Below, piece by piece: positions 11,546 to 24,463 of a stretch of DNA of 64,000 bases. This DNA is from Ginglymostoma cirratum. Taxonomy: Eukaryota. The notes under the pieces were generated by a model. The model was not told the DNA's origin. It saw only the letters and a program-made list of their open reading frames with translations, and did not search any database. A program made the translations under genes and the position numbers. Numbering within the stretch: the first letter of the stretch is position 1; each line of letters begins with the position of its first letter. The DNA lies in NCBI GenBank assembly GCA_024137785.1, contig JAHRHZ010000218.1, positions 34,058,586-34,122,585 of the forward strand. The letters are read 5' to 3'.

Positions 11546-12264
11546 TCCCCTGCTACAAAAAAGATATTCTCTGAAACTTAACACTTTGAAAGAGCTTTTC
11601 GTCATGAGGAATAAGTCATTTGGCTCATCAGTCCTGCTAATGGTATGGCTGTATAAGCACAGGTTATTGTTGTCGTGAAACATGTTAAGACAGTGTCTTG
11701 TTCTAGTGTGAAACAAAGCAACTCTGCTGTGTTTCTGTAGATGTAGTACTGATGAAACTAAATTAGCAAAAGATAAATTTAAACATGATGTTAGAAAACG
11801 TTATAAATAACAGTGTGATAACTTCAAATTTTGTAAATCTTGACTTATTTTTCATTCTTTGTGAAAACTGGTACTTCGTGGAAGCTGTTTTTGCCATATT
11901 GCATTTAACCTAATCTTACTTGATTTTGACATTAAGATGATGAATAAGTGAAGAATCATTCTACCATAGTAAAAAGAAATTCAAAGCAACTTTAAAAGAC
12001 ATTCCCACACTAAATGCTATTGCAAACACAATGGAGGTAGTGTTTATTTGTTTTTCTATACATCAGTCAGCTGTTAATAGCAGCTGCAGCACTCTGTATG
12101 TAATACTCTCAGTGGGAGTTACCATTTGTAAAATACCCACTTACATACTGGACTGAAATGTTTCATCAGCCATTCTGTATGACAGCTACTAACCTCTACT
12201 TGCAAAATAACATGGGCTTTTAATTGAAGGGGAGTTGGACAAAGCTGAATAAGACAAGGTTGGA

Positions 12265-13090
12265 GTTGGAAAAATAGGAGCAGGAGTAGGCCATTCACCC
12301 CCTCAAGCCTTTACTGCCAAACTGGGTCACAGTTGATCATCTACTGCAGTGCAATTTTCCCACACTATCACCATAACCCTCGATGTCGTTAGTATCTATA
12401 AATCTGTGCATCTGTCTTGAGTATGCTCGTTGACTGAGCTTCCACAGACCTTAATGGTAGAGAATTCCAAATGTACATTATCATTTAAATAAATAAATTC
12501 CTTTTTCCGAATAAGGGTCTAGGCCCAAAACGTCAGCCTCCCTGCTCCCCTGAGGCTGCTTGGCCTGCTGTGTTCATCCAGCTCTGCACCTTATTTTCTC
12601 AAATTTCTCCTTAACTTGGTTCTAAATGGCTTGCGCCCTATGAGACCGTATCCCTGGTTCTCATCCTGTTCATCCCTTTAAGAATTGACAGTTTCAACTG
12701 CAGTATCTTCTGTTCATATAAACTCCAGAAAATATAGGCCAGTCTCCCTGTAGAACCATCCTGCCATCCCAAGATGTAGTGAATCTCTACTGTACTTCCT
12801 CTGTGGTAGGGATGTCTTTTCCTTGGGTCACGAGACCAAAACTTCATAAACTCTCCAGGTGTGACCTCACCAAGGTTCTAGATAATTGAATTAAAACATC
12901 TTTATTCCTGAACGCAAATTGTCTTACAATAAAGGCTAACATATCATTCAACTCCCAAATTGCTTGCTGTAGCTAGATGTTCTCTTTCAGTGACTTGCAT
13001 AGGTCCTTTTAGGCACCATTCCCTTCCAATTTTTTTCCACTTAACACAGCATAGCCATTTCTCCTACCAAAGTGGATAACTTCTAATTTA
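12265..13090 (-). mobile_element. Old CR1 3' fragment with a nested PLE pLTR fragment (about 12505-12600, +)
   Basis: CR1 3'-end signature aggagcaggagtaggccattc; PLE unit agggtctaggcccaaaacgtc. Confidence 0.75.
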
Positions 13091-13234
13091 TTAGAACTGG
13101 TTTCTATATGTTGGAGAAACTATAATTGAATCTCCTAAAATTCCATTCTTGGAATCTTGTAGCATCGAAGGAGGTCATTTGGACTAATGTGCCTATTTTG
13201 GCTCTTTGAAAGAACGTATTACACGAGATTGCCA

Positions 13235-14578
13235 ACAAAGAACAATACAGCACAGGAACAGGCCTTTCGGCCCTCCAAATTTGCGCTGACATATTTTGCC
13301 CTTCAATACTAAAACTGTCTTCACTTATAGGACCGTATCCCTCTATTCCCTTCCTATTTATGTATTCCTCCAGATGCTTCTTGAATGCTGCTATTGTGAT
13401 TGCTTCCACCACCACCTCTGGCAACGTGTTCCAGGCACTCTCACCCTTTGTGTGCAAAACATGCCTCAAGCATCTCTTTTTAAACATTCCCCTTTGCACC
13501 TTGAACCAAGGTCCCTTAGTAATTGACCCATCCACCCTGGGAAAAAGCGTCATACTTGCCTCCCTGTCCATGCCGTTCACAATCTTTTAAACTTCTATCA
13601 GGTCACTCTTCAACCTCCTGCGTTCCAATGAAAACAAACCCAGTCTATCCAACCTTTCTTCATAGCTAAAATCCTCCATACCAGGCAACACCTATTAAAC
13701 CTTTTCCTGTACCCTCTCCAAAGCATCCACGTCCTTCTGGTAGCGTGGTGATCAGAACAGTACACAATATTCCAAGTGTGGCCTAACTAAAGCTCTATAA
13801 AGCTGCAGCGTAACTTGTCTATCCTTTATACTCCATGTCCCTGCTAATATAGGCAAGCATGGCATGAGCCTTTTTTTACCCCCTTATCTACCTGCACTGC
13901 CACCTTCTGTGGTCTGTGGACTGGCACACCTAGAATGCTCTACATATCAATATTTCTTTGGTCCACTTGAGGACAAGGGAGGGAATCTGTGTGTGGAGCC
14001 AGAAGAGGTAGCTAAGGTCCTGAACAAATACTGTGTCGGTATTCACCAAAGAGAAGGAATTGTTGGAGGATGATCTCCGTGAAGGGAGTGTCGACTTTCT
14101 ACACCAAGTTGCTGTTAAAATGGATGAGATGTTGTGTGTCTTAAAAAGTATTAAGGTAGCTAAGCCCCTGGGTCCTGATGGGATCTGTCCCAGAGTATTG
14201 AGGGAGGCAAGAGAACAAATTGCTGGAACATTGACAGACATCTTTATGTCCTCTTTGGCAACAGGTGAAGTCCCAGAGGACTGGACAGCAGCCAATGTTG
14301 TCCCATTATTTAAGCAGGGTAACAGGGATAATCCAGGAAATTACAGGCCTGTGAGTTTCACGTAAGTGGTATGAAAATTATTAGAAAATATTCTTGGGGA
14401 CAAAATCTATACATATTCAGAAGCAAATGGACTTATTAGCAATAGACAGCATGGTTTTGTGTTGGGGTGGTCATGCCTCACTAACTTGGTTGAGTTTTTT
14501 GAGGAGGGGATGAAGATGATTGAGGGTAAACTGATTGATGTTGTCTGCATAGACTTCAGTAAAGCCTTTGACAAGGTC
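13235..14578 (-). mobile_element. CR1 copy with an inverted 5' segment (13235-13960 on -, 13960-14578 on +)
   Basis: The - part encodes RT C-terminus and the 3' end; the + part encodes GPDGICPRVLRE...NYRPVS...DFSKAFDKV. Confidence 0.8.
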
Positions 14579-15299
14579 CTAGGTTTACCATTCCCTACAA
14601 AATGTAACATTTTAGTTAATGAAACTTGGAAGCCCTTGCTATTTCTTTGGCCTAGCATGAAATTTAAGTTGGCGATCTGTTAATCAAATCTGATATAGCC
14701 AGTCCTATGGATAATTGTGATTATAATAATTGTATTGTACAATTTGTACTTTATAACTGCCAACCACCCTCTGAGCACAGGAAAACCATTGCAGAATATG
14801 AAAATAACAGGACAGGCAATTATTGTGATTAATTTGGCTAGTCCCAGTGTTGACCTAATAGAATAACTCGGCTCATCATGTCCCGCTTTCATTTTTCTTC
14901 TTCAGTTTATGAACGAACGGTTATTTTAACTGAGGCTGGAGGAGTGCACCAGCACTCACTACTCTGCAAGTTGTAATGTAAAATGAAAGTACTACTTCTA
15001 GTCAGAGGACTAATTAAGTGCCTTATCTATGTCAGGTTTAAATTTTTAAAAAACTGTATCCACCACATTTTCTCTCTCTCTCAATCACTCTCATGAGCTG
15101 TAGCGGTCACACAATCGCTGTCACGGTACTTTGGCCAATGGATTATTCTGAAGGTAGAAGGATTGAAGTGTAGGATGATCCAAAAGGGGAAAAATGTAGT
15201 TGTCATGCCCAGGAGCAGAAATGAGTAATTGACGTAGGTGGCTCAAACTCTTTCTCATTGATCACATTGGAAACCTAGAAACATGCAAGTGCAGGATTG

Positions 15300-17580
15300 C
15301 ACATGCTTCTGGGATGTGAGGGTTGCTGGCAAAGTCGTAATTTTACGCCTATGCTTGATTGCCCTTGAGGAGATGGTGGTGAGCAGTCTTATTGAACTAT
15401 TGCTGTGAGAAAGAACGTTCCAGATTTTTGACCTCATGACGGTGAAAGTACAGTACTATACATGTAGCTTAGGGCAAGTGCTGTCAAAGTGTACAACAAC
15501 ATATCATGCAACTGTCTGGTATAGGTCATCTCTCATATTGCTCATTAATACTGAATTGAATGCAATAATGCATATCGTAACTGGAACTCTCTGCTCAACA
15601 TCACCAGCAGCATCCCCTGGCCCAGCTTCCTATCCTCACAAATATCAATGCCCCACCCTACCAACTGATGAAAACCCACAAACTAGTTGATGTTGTCTGT
15701 ACTGCACCTCAATTAGCAGTCCATCATAACCTGTTCAATCTCTCTACTGCTCAGCCTCCATCTCTTTCCTGAGCAAGATGTGCCAGCAACCATCCTTTCA
15801 GCCAAGGAATGGGAAGCGTGGGAAGTCCTGGCTAGTTCCTTGCGACATACTGCATTCTGTCAAATGGCAGGTATTGAACTGCCATGATGACAGTGATCCT
15901 TGTTAAACAGATCCTGGACAAGCCAGGGTCCCTAAGCAATGATCCTCCATTGCTAGGGCATCGATATGAACCCATGCGCTTGTGAACGGATATGACAAAC
16001 ATTACATGTTATTGAGGAATGCCCCCTCCACAGACTAAGTGATGGATTAATTATTCTAAATCCAGCTGATTGGGCTATTCCTTGATTCTGGGGCTTTGCA
16101 TTCACTAAATAAATGTCTTAACTCATTTGGAGGGAACTGAGAGGTACTAGATTTTCTCGAAGATAGAGGTTGCAGGTTTGAAAAATCCTGTAAAGGAGCC
16201 TTGGCAAATTGCTACAGTATTCTCCAATGAGCCATTTTGTGTCAGTGGTGGCAAGAGTGAATGATTAGAGCAACCAAGGGATTCCAGCCTAACAAACTTT
16301 GTTTTTCTGAACCGTGTTGTGTCTCTTGACCACTGTTAGAGCTGTACTCGTGCAGGGAAATGGAATGTCGTCATATTGACTTGACAGTTGGAAACAGAGG
16401 GAAGTGGTACAGGGCTGTTGTTCGGAGTGGAGGCCTGTGAACAGTGCTGTGCCGCAAGGATTGAAGCTAGGTACGCTATTGTTTGTGATTTATAGAAACC
16501 ATTTGGATAACAATATGGGAGGCATGGTTCATAAATTTGCAAATGACACCAAAATTAGTGGTATAATGGACAGTGAAGGAGGTTATCTAAAAGTACAAAG
16601 GGATCTTGAGCTGTTGAGCCAGTAGTATGAGGAATGACAGGTGGACTTATCAAAATGCAAAACCGCGCATTTATCTGAAGACAAACCAGGGCAGGATTGC
16701 ACAGATAATTGTAGGCCCTGGGGAGTGTTGTCAAACAGAGACCAAGGTGGTGTTCAGCAGACTTGCTTTCATTGGTCAGAGCGTTGAATACAGGAATAGT
16801 GACAGCATGTTACGGCAGTACAAGACAGTGGTAAGGCCACATTTTGAGTACTGCGTACAGTTCTGGCCGCCCTGTTATAAGAAAGATGTTGTTAAACTGG
16901 AAAGGGTGCAAAAAAGATTTACAAAGATGTTACCGAGGCTGGAGGCTTTGAGTTATAAGGAGAGTCTGTATGGGCTAGGACTTTGCTCCTGAAGTGTAGG
17001 AGGCTGTCAGGTGACCATATAAAATCATGAGGGGAGTGGATAAGGTGAATGGCTAAGGTCTTTCCCCAAGATAAGGGAGTCAAAGCTAGAGGTCATAGGT
17101 TTAAGGTGAGAAGGGAAATGTTTAAAATGCCAGAGGAAGTGGTAGAAGCGAGTATAATTACAACATTTAAAAGACATTTGGACAAGTACATGGACATGAA
17201 AGGTTTAGAGGGATATGGGCCAAATGCAGACAAATGGGGCTAGTTTAGTTCAGGAAACCTAGTCTGTATGAATGAGTTGAGCCAAAGGATCTATATCTGT
17301 GCTGTACGACTCTATTCCAGGTTGGTGTCTTTTGCAGATGTTGGGCAGGTTTGGTAGAGTCAAAAGGTGAGCCACTTGCTGCAGATCTCCCAATCTCTGA
17401 CCAGCTCTTGTGGCTTCAGAATGTATATGGCTGGCCATATATTTTCAGATCGAAGGTAGGGGGATCTGTCATGCCATGAGTGTTGAGATGGTTAAATTTT
17501 CTCATTGGAGATGGTCATTACTTGCCACTTGTGTGGTACGCTTGTAACAAGTCTGAATGTTGTCCAGGTCATGATATGTG
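15300..17580 (-). mobile_element. Fragmented LINE of the 39560-41375 family (-) interrupted by CR1 (about 16395-17315, +) and unclassified sequence
   Basis: 3' tail at about 15310-15390 matches the reverse complement of 41280-41360; CR1 ORFs 16404-17243 show PQG..LG, FAND, EYCVQFW. Confidence 0.68.
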
Positions 17581-18338
17581 AGTATGGGTGGCTGTAACAA
17601 AACTGAGGGAATGGCTACAGAAGGAGAACAGCAAAGGTACATCCTCTCCATTTGCCCTTCAAATATTAGAGGAAGCAGGAAGTGAGACTCCAGTTCTGAA
17701 TTTGTTCAACACTTGTCCTTCCATCGTGCTGCATCTATTCATCACAACCTGAGTGTTCAGACTCCTGCTCTGCAACCGGGGCTTATTTCCTGTCTGGACA
17801 AGTTAACAGCAGACAGAACTTTTGTTTTAATGTTTTATCCAAAAAAATGTGCTTTAAACAGAGCAGCATTCCATCAAAGTGGTGCACTGTGTTTATGCTT
17901 TGAAGTTGTCAAACTCAGTGTTAAATCCTGAGGCTATAAAATGTTTAGGTGGAAAATGAGGTCCTGTTTCACCAGCTTATGTTGGGCTTTGCTTGGAACA
18001 CTGCAGCGGACATAGGACATATATTAACATGAGCGAAGTTTTATTTGAGTCAACATTATCTGTTTGACCCACTTCATCAGAAACAATTAAATGTGCATTA
18101 CTTGTATGGAGGACTGAGGTTCTCTGTTGATGAATACATAAATTTGCACTCAACCATGTTCTTTTACTCCAACTAAATAATACTTAAATTTGTGACATCA
18201 GTAGGGACTCTAATTTTTGTTCTCAATGTTTTTGAATCCTTCATTTATTATGTAAATTCATTGAAATAAATTCATTTTTTAGCATACTGTTTAAAATACA
18301 CTGACTCAATAGTAGATCGTTTGTATTTTCTGTTTCAG

Positions 18339-18541
18339 TTTAAAAAGTTTAATCGGCCACATGGTTTGTCTGAAGATTTGATATGGAACTGCAAAACAGT
18401 AATCAAGGAACGGGAAGTAGTTCTTAAACTTATGAACAGATGTGCCGAAATCTCCCAAAGATTAGAAAAGCAAGTGACAGAAATAACAGAAGATGGTGGA
18501 AGTCACCAGACCATTGAGCAGCCTGTCATTTTGAGCAAAAG
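18339..18541 (+). CDS. SMARCAD1: SMARCAD1 coding exon (FKKFNRPHGLSEDLIWNCKT...IEQPVILSK)
   Basis: tttcag|TTT...AAA AG|gttggt; 203 nt, phase 0 to 2. Confidence 0.95.
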
Positions 18542-18679
18542 GTTGGTTTTCCCATCCACCTTCCTCAATATTTGCATGCTTTTATAAAATGTGATATTTT
18601 GGTATAACATGTAACTCACTGAAAAATATTCTAATACACAGTGGAAGCTGTACAAAGAAGGCTAAAAGTTAAGTAAATT

Positions 18680-19765
18680 TTATTCACTTTGGTAAGAGAA
18701 TAGATAAACAAAACATTTAGGTAGGGAGAGATTGCAGAATGCAACTATACAGAAATATCTGAGCATCCTTGTACATCAGTCACAAAAAGGTAACATGCAG
18801 GTCGAGGTTAGAACATGCATGAGGAAGGAAAATATAATCTTGCCTTTATTTCAAGGGGAATGAAGTATAAAAGTAGGAAACTTGTACAGGGAATTGATGA
18901 AACCATACGTAGAGTACCGTGTCCAATTTTGGCTTCCTTGTTTGACAGATGGTACTTGCAGTGAGGCAGTTCATAGCAGGTTCCTGGGTGATCCCGGGCT
19001 GATTCTTGTGATGAAGAGATTGTCCCATGAGGAAGGGTTGAGTCATTGAAGTTAAGAAAAATGTTTGGTGACCTTATTGAGAGACACAATGGTTTGTGGG
19101 GACTTGAAAGAGTAGATAAGTGCTTCCCAAAAATTTTTCCATTGTAACGTCATTTTGATGTCCAAAGGTTACAGCATCTCGGATGTACGGTGGTTTGGGG
19201 GAAAGCTGTTTTAATCTACAGAGTTGTTAACTAAAATGCAGCTACCTTCTCATTTAGAATTTTTTCTAGACAGGATTCAGGCCAGCAATATCATGCAGCT
19301 CAACCAGTCTCGTTTTTGTTTCTTAAACCAGATTGGTTAGTACTTGGTCAGTGCTCCACAGTGGTCTTACTGTGTAAGAGCCTGTGACACCAAAGTTCTG
19401 GCTACCAGCCCACAGGGGGATCGCAACCCACAGGCAGATGCTGAGAGGAATCGAAAATGAGGGGCTCAATTTGTAAGTCGGGCATCTCCCTTTTCAGACA
19501 GAGATAAGGAGGAAGATGTATTTTTGCAGATGGTCATTAGTCTTTCAAATATTCTTCCCTTCGAGAACCTTGGAGGCTGGGTCATTAAATATCTTTAAGG
19601 GTGAGTTTGATGGATTTTTGGTCTACAAAGCAGTTGAGACTTACAGGGATAGACAGGAAAGTGAGGTTAACCACACATCGGGGTCAGTTATGATCTTACT
19701 GAATGATGGCAAGGTTTGATGGACTATATGGCCCACTCGTGCACTTAGTTTTTACATTCTTATGG
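18680..19765 (+). mobile_element. Degenerate CR1 3' fragments
   Basis: Decayed VRPHLEY.VQFW-like codons and a CR1 3' UTR-like end. Confidence 0.6.
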
Positions 19766-20083
19766 ACCCAGTTGTAATTGTCTGCAGTCCAATTGGTTGT
19801 TGAACATCCAATCGTGAATGAGTTGCAGTTTCCTCCAGCTAAGCATGGAATGTTTTCTTCAACCCTGACCAGAACCTCAGTCCCCTACCTACTCACTCTA
19901 TCCCTCTTTCAGCCACTGATTTCATTTTGAGTATTGTGCTGCATCAGTAATGAAATGGTATATTTATATGCTATTGTATTGTTAATACTACTATCAGATT
20001 TCCCATGGCTTTTGCATGGTGAGTTAATGGGTACAGTTTTATAACTACGGGAGTTAACATCTGCTCATGTTTGTGTTCTACAG

Positions 20084-20174
20084 CTTGGAGCTTAAACCAT
20101 ATCAACTAGTTGGACTGAATTGGTTAGTTTTGCTGAATAAACATCGGGTGAATGGTATATTAGCAGATGAAATG
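20084..20174 (+). CDS. SMARCAD1: SMARCAD1 exon, SNF2 ATPase Q-motif to start of motif I ([14 protein letters not shown]...NGILADEM)
   Basis: tacag|C TTG...ATG|gtaagt; 91 nt, phase 2 to 0. Confidence 0.97.
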
Positions 20175-20654
20175 GTAAGTGAAAAGGATGCTTCGTGGTA
20201 ATGTGCAAGTTCAGTTATTTAGGTTATCGTGCCAACATTGATCTTAGTTATTGTTGGAGCATTCTCTGACATTGTTGAGTAACTCACACTTTGGACAGGG
20301 AAAAAATTTCGAAGGAATGATATGTGTTAATCATGATAACCATTCTTAACTGGAAGGTTTTGGAGGCTACCCATGCTGTGAATTGAGAAGAAAAGTGGGG
20401 CCATAGGAGATGCTTCCTGTATCTCTATATTACTCGACTCATAGTCCTGATTAATGGCAGAATATGTCTTATCAATTAGTTCCCATTTCAATAATAATCT
20501 TCAAAACACAAAATGGGGCAAGTAACTGGATTCAAACCTAATCCGATGCATGATGTGCAGAATCTATAAAATTGCACTTTTTGCCCCACATGACTAATTT
20601 TACAAAGTGTTTTATCATTGTGATGTGGAAATGCCGGTGGACGAAGTTAAGTGA

Positions 20655-20745
20655 CGTTTCACCTGACGAAGGAACGATGCTCGGAAAGCTTGTGATTTCA
20701 AATAAACCTGTTGGACTATAACCTGGTGTCACGTGACTTCTGACT
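20655..20745 (+). mobile_element. pLTR fragment of a second Penelope-like family with a degenerate hammerhead
   Basis: CTGACGA-aggaacgatgctcg-GAAA-gctt followed by aataaacctgttggac. Confidence 0.55.
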
Positions 20746-21018
20746 TACTTTTGCAATTTGCAACAATAAAACTAATATTCTGTTCTCGAATGATTACAAC
20801 CGATCCTTTTCTCTACCTGTGCTGTTTGAAATGCAAGTCTATATTGTTTTCGGTGTCTAGTTCTTCCTGACAGTTTTCCTCACAGTAAATATTGATGATC
20901 TAGATTTCAATGATTTGTCTACAAAATAGTATAAAAAGCTAACATCATTTTCCAATCAGGGGTTGGTGGGGGGAGGTGTAGTTTGTTCATGTTTCAATCC
21001 TGTCTTATTTGTGCGCAG

Positions 21019-21118
21019 GGACTGGGGAAAACTGTACAAGCTATATCATTCCTTGCCTACCTTTACCAAGAAGGAGATAAAGGACCACATCTCATTATTG
21101 TACCTGCCTCAACCCTAG
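21019..21118 (+). CDS. SMARCAD1: SMARCAD1 exon, Walker A and motif Ia ([15 protein letters not shown]...[12 protein letters not shown])
   Basis: cgcag|GGA...CTA G|gtaacg; 100 nt, phase 0 to 1. Confidence 0.97.
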
Positions 21119-21185
21119 GTAACGTTAAAACCTAAAGTGCTAAATCAAGTAATCACCTATTAAGAACAAAGACCGAAATTAACTT

Positions 21186-21286
21186 GGAACAAAAACAAAG
21201 TTGCTGGAAAAGCTCAGCAGGTCTGGCAGCATCTGTGGAGGAGAAAACAGAGTTAACGTTTTGGGTCCAGTGACCCTTCCTCAGAA
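21186..21286 (-). mobile_element. Penelope-like pLTR fragment
   Basis: The - strand reads ttCTGAGGAagggtcactggacccaaaacgtt...; flanked by aaattaac(c)ttg direct repeats. Confidence 0.72.
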
Positions 21287-21511
21287 ATTAACCTTGTTTT
21301 TTTTTGCTGTTTAGTCATGTTTTTCATGCCCATCCAGCACCCCCATGTTTCATGTTATTAATGTTTTGACAGTTTTCTTTAGTAAATTGCAATATTTAAT
21401 TCTTTTCGCATAAAATTACTATAGAACATCTAAAGGAGAACTGCATGATTCAATCTTAGTATAAATAAACCTGTTCATACCCTGAACATTTTTAATTTCC
21501 CTTTTCCTCAG

Positions 21512-21571
21512 ACAACTGGATCCGAGAACTTAAACAGTGGTGTCCGGATCTCAAGGTCCTCCTTTATTATG
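21512..21571 (+). CDS. SMARCAD1: SMARCAD1 exon (DNWIRELKQWCPDLKVLLYY)
   Basis: cctcag|AC...TAT G|gtaaga; 60 nt, phase 1 to 1. Confidence 0.96.
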
Positions 21572-21964
21572 GTAAGATTTGTGTGCATAAATGCCCTAAT
21601 AAGAGAGCAGCTGTTAAAATAGAGTTGGGCTGCAAAGTTTCTGTAACTTTTTTTATTGCATTCCTCTGCTTACTTATTTGAAACACTTTCTAAATAAAGT
21701 ATCATAAATGTAGTGAATTAGTTCAGGATAGTTTCTTAGACTAGCAAGTTCTAGAGTCAGCCAGCGAGAAGGTTATTTATAACTGATAGTGTGCAATGAG
21801 ACAGATTTGATTCATGATTTCATAGTGAAGGCCTTCCTAGGTATCAGTTACAATAATGCAATTGAATATTGCGTTCAGTATCAGGGAGAGAATGGACCCC
21901 AGGCTAGTATTTGAAGCTTAAATAAGGGCAATTAATGAAATAAACAAAGACCTGTCTAAACTCA

Positions 21965-22340
21965 TTGAGTCACTCAGCATGGAAACAGACTCTTTTATAA
22001 CTTGTAATTCTACCTGCCTCTACCACTTCCTCTGGCAGGTCGTTCTGTACACATACCACCCTCTGTGCGGAAAAGTTGCTCCTCAGTCCCTTTTCAATCA
22101 TTCCCCTGTCACCTTAAACTCGTGCCTCTAGTTTTGGACTCCCCTGCCCTTGGAGAAAGATCCTGGCTATGCCCCTCATGATTTTATAAACCTCTATAAG
22201 GTCACTCCTCAGCTTCCAACACTCCCAGGGAATCAAATCCAGTCTCTCCTTTATAACTCAAACTCTCCAGTCTCATCAATATCTTTTGGAAATTTTTTTC
22301 TGTACCCTTTCCAGTTTAACAAAAGCCTTCCTATAGCAGG
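21965..22340 (-). mobile_element. CR1 3' fragment
   Basis: Reverse complement of typical CR1 RT C-terminal and 3' sequence. Confidence 0.72.
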
Positions 22341-22715
22341 TGTACTGGGAAATTAGATTATGAGAAGTCAGTAGAGGTACAGTGGAGATTTTTGAGGATA
22401 TGTTTCAGAATACTCAAAGAATGTATTACAGTGAGAGAATGGCCTCAAGGAACAGCTACACCATCTGTGACTAAGAAAGTTAAAGATGGTATTGAATTGA
22501 AAGTAAAAGCTTATTCTTCGGCAAAGCTGAGTGGAAAATCAGAAGATAAAATGTAAATAACAGCAAAAATGACAAGATTAATAAGGAACGTAAAATTTGA
22601 GTACAAGGGATAGCTAGCTAGGAACATTACAAATGAGAAAATTATTAGAACAGCTAACAAGTCTCCAGGTCCTGATGCACTTCATCCTAGGGTTTTAAAA
22701 GAAGTGGCTGAAGTA

Positions 22716-23083
22716 CTGTATATACTCATGTAAAAGTCAAATTTTTTAGATTTTTTTAAGTTAAATTTATGGGGTCGACTATTACATGGATGCTACTTTT
22801 CAGGGGCTGAAATTCAAGCCCGTCAAAATTCATACTGTATCATTAGCAAAAGCCTAATTGATCTCAATAAATTGGGGGGAGAAAAGCACAACGAAGTATA
22901 GTAATTCTGGAAGCCCGCGGAGTGGCACGGCTGGTGGACTGGAGGTCATCAACAAATGGTGATCCAGTATCTGTGAAGAACTAGGGTTGACTTTTACACG
23001 AGACATGGAAAATTCCAGATTTTTTGGCCAAAAATAGGGGGTTGACTTTTAAATGAGATCAACTTTTATTCGACTATATACAG
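22716..23083. mobile_element. Tc1/mariner (Tc2/pogo-type) non-autonomous MITE
   Basis: Imperfect 25-bp TIRs ctgtatatactcatgtaaaagtcaa / tcaacttttattcgactatatacag; TA on both sides (22714-15, 23084-85); internal gttgactttta repeats. Confidence 0.8.
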
Positions 23084-24010
23084 TATTACACGATTAAGTT
23101 TTAATTTTACAAAATTTTCTGAAATCTGGAAAGTTACCATCAGATTGGAAAATAACAAATGTGACTCGTGTTCAAGAAAGGAGGAGGAAAGAAATGGGTA
23201 GATACAGATCAGTTGGTTTAACATCTGCCATATGCTGCAGTCTTTTATGAAAGAAGCTATAGTGAAATACTTAGAAAATCTCGATACAATCAGATCAGGT
23301 CATCATTGTTTTATGCAAGGGAAATCATGTTTGACTAACTAATTGTATATTGTTTCATCAGAAAACTCCAGTTTGGATAAAGAAAAACCAGTGGGTGTTG
23401 TGTACTTAGTTTGCCAAATGTCGTTTGGAAATCTGTCACATCAAAGATTTACTTTATACTGTAAGAGCTCATAGTGTAAGGAGTAGCACAGGTTGCAGTG
23501 AAGACTGGTTAGCAAAAAGAGGGAGGTATAAATGGGTCATTTTTCAGATTGGCAGGATGTGATGAGTGGTGTGCCAAAGGAACCTCAACTGTTGACAATT
23601 TACATGATGATGGAAGAATGAACCAAATATACGGTTGCTGAAGACACAAGAATAAGAAAGAAAGTCAGTTGTGAAGAAAACGTGTGCCTGCAAAAGGATA
23701 TAAATAGTTAAACGAGTGGTCAAAAGTGTGGTAGATGGCATTTAATGTAATGCATTATGGTAAGATTTGTGTGCGTAAATGCCCTAATAAGAGAGAAGCT
23801 GTTAAAATAGAATTGGACTGCAAAGTTTCTGTAATTGCTAAATGCCTTTTGGAAATCTGTCACATCTAAGATCTATATACAATAAGACCTTATAGTATAA
23901 GGAGTAGCACAGGTTGCAGTGAAAGAGAGATAACAAGGTGTGGAGCTGGATGAACACAGCAGGCCAAGCAGCATCATAGGAGCAGGAAAGCTTGACGTTT
24001 CGGGCCTAGA

Positions 24011-24410
24011 NNNNNNNNNNNNNNNNNNNNNNNNNNNNNNNNNNNNNNNNNNNNNNNNNNNNNNNNNNNNNNNNNNNNNNNNNNNNNNNNNNNNNNNNNN
24101 NNNNNNNNNNNNNNNNNNNNNNNNNNNNNNNNNNNNNNNNNNNNNNNNNNNNNNNNNNNNNNNNNNNNNNNNNNNNNNNNNNNNNNNNNNNNNNNNNNNN
24201 NNNNNNNNNNNNNNNNNNNNNNNNNNNNNNNNNNNNNNNNNNNNNNNNNNNNNNNNNNNNNNNNNNNNNNNNNNNNNNNNNNNNNNNNNNNNNNNNNNNN
24301 NNNNNNNNNNNNNNNNNNNNNNNNNNNNNNNNNNNNNNNNNNNNNNNNNNNNNNNNNNNNNNNNNNNNNNNNNNNNNNNNNNNNNNNNNNNNNNNNNNNN
24401 NNNNNNNNNN
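24011..24410. other. Assembly gap (400 N)
   Basis: Run of N. Confidence 1.
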
Positions 24411-24429
24411 CTTCATCAGAAAATCAGAT

Positions 24430-24463
24430 TTTCTGATGAAGGGTCTAGGCCCGAAACGTCAAG
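24430..24463 (+). ncRNA. Minimal type I hammerhead ribozyme core of PLE pLTR
   Basis: ttt-CUGAUGA-a-GGGU/cuag/GCCC-GAAAC-GUC-aag: conserved core boxes, stem II, palindromic ACGU and GUC cleavage triplet. Confidence 0.7.

Noticed and set aside
11424-11716. Poly-proline and poly-glycine ORFs
   Set aside because: They are translations of a (CCT)n simple repeat with no splice or homology support.
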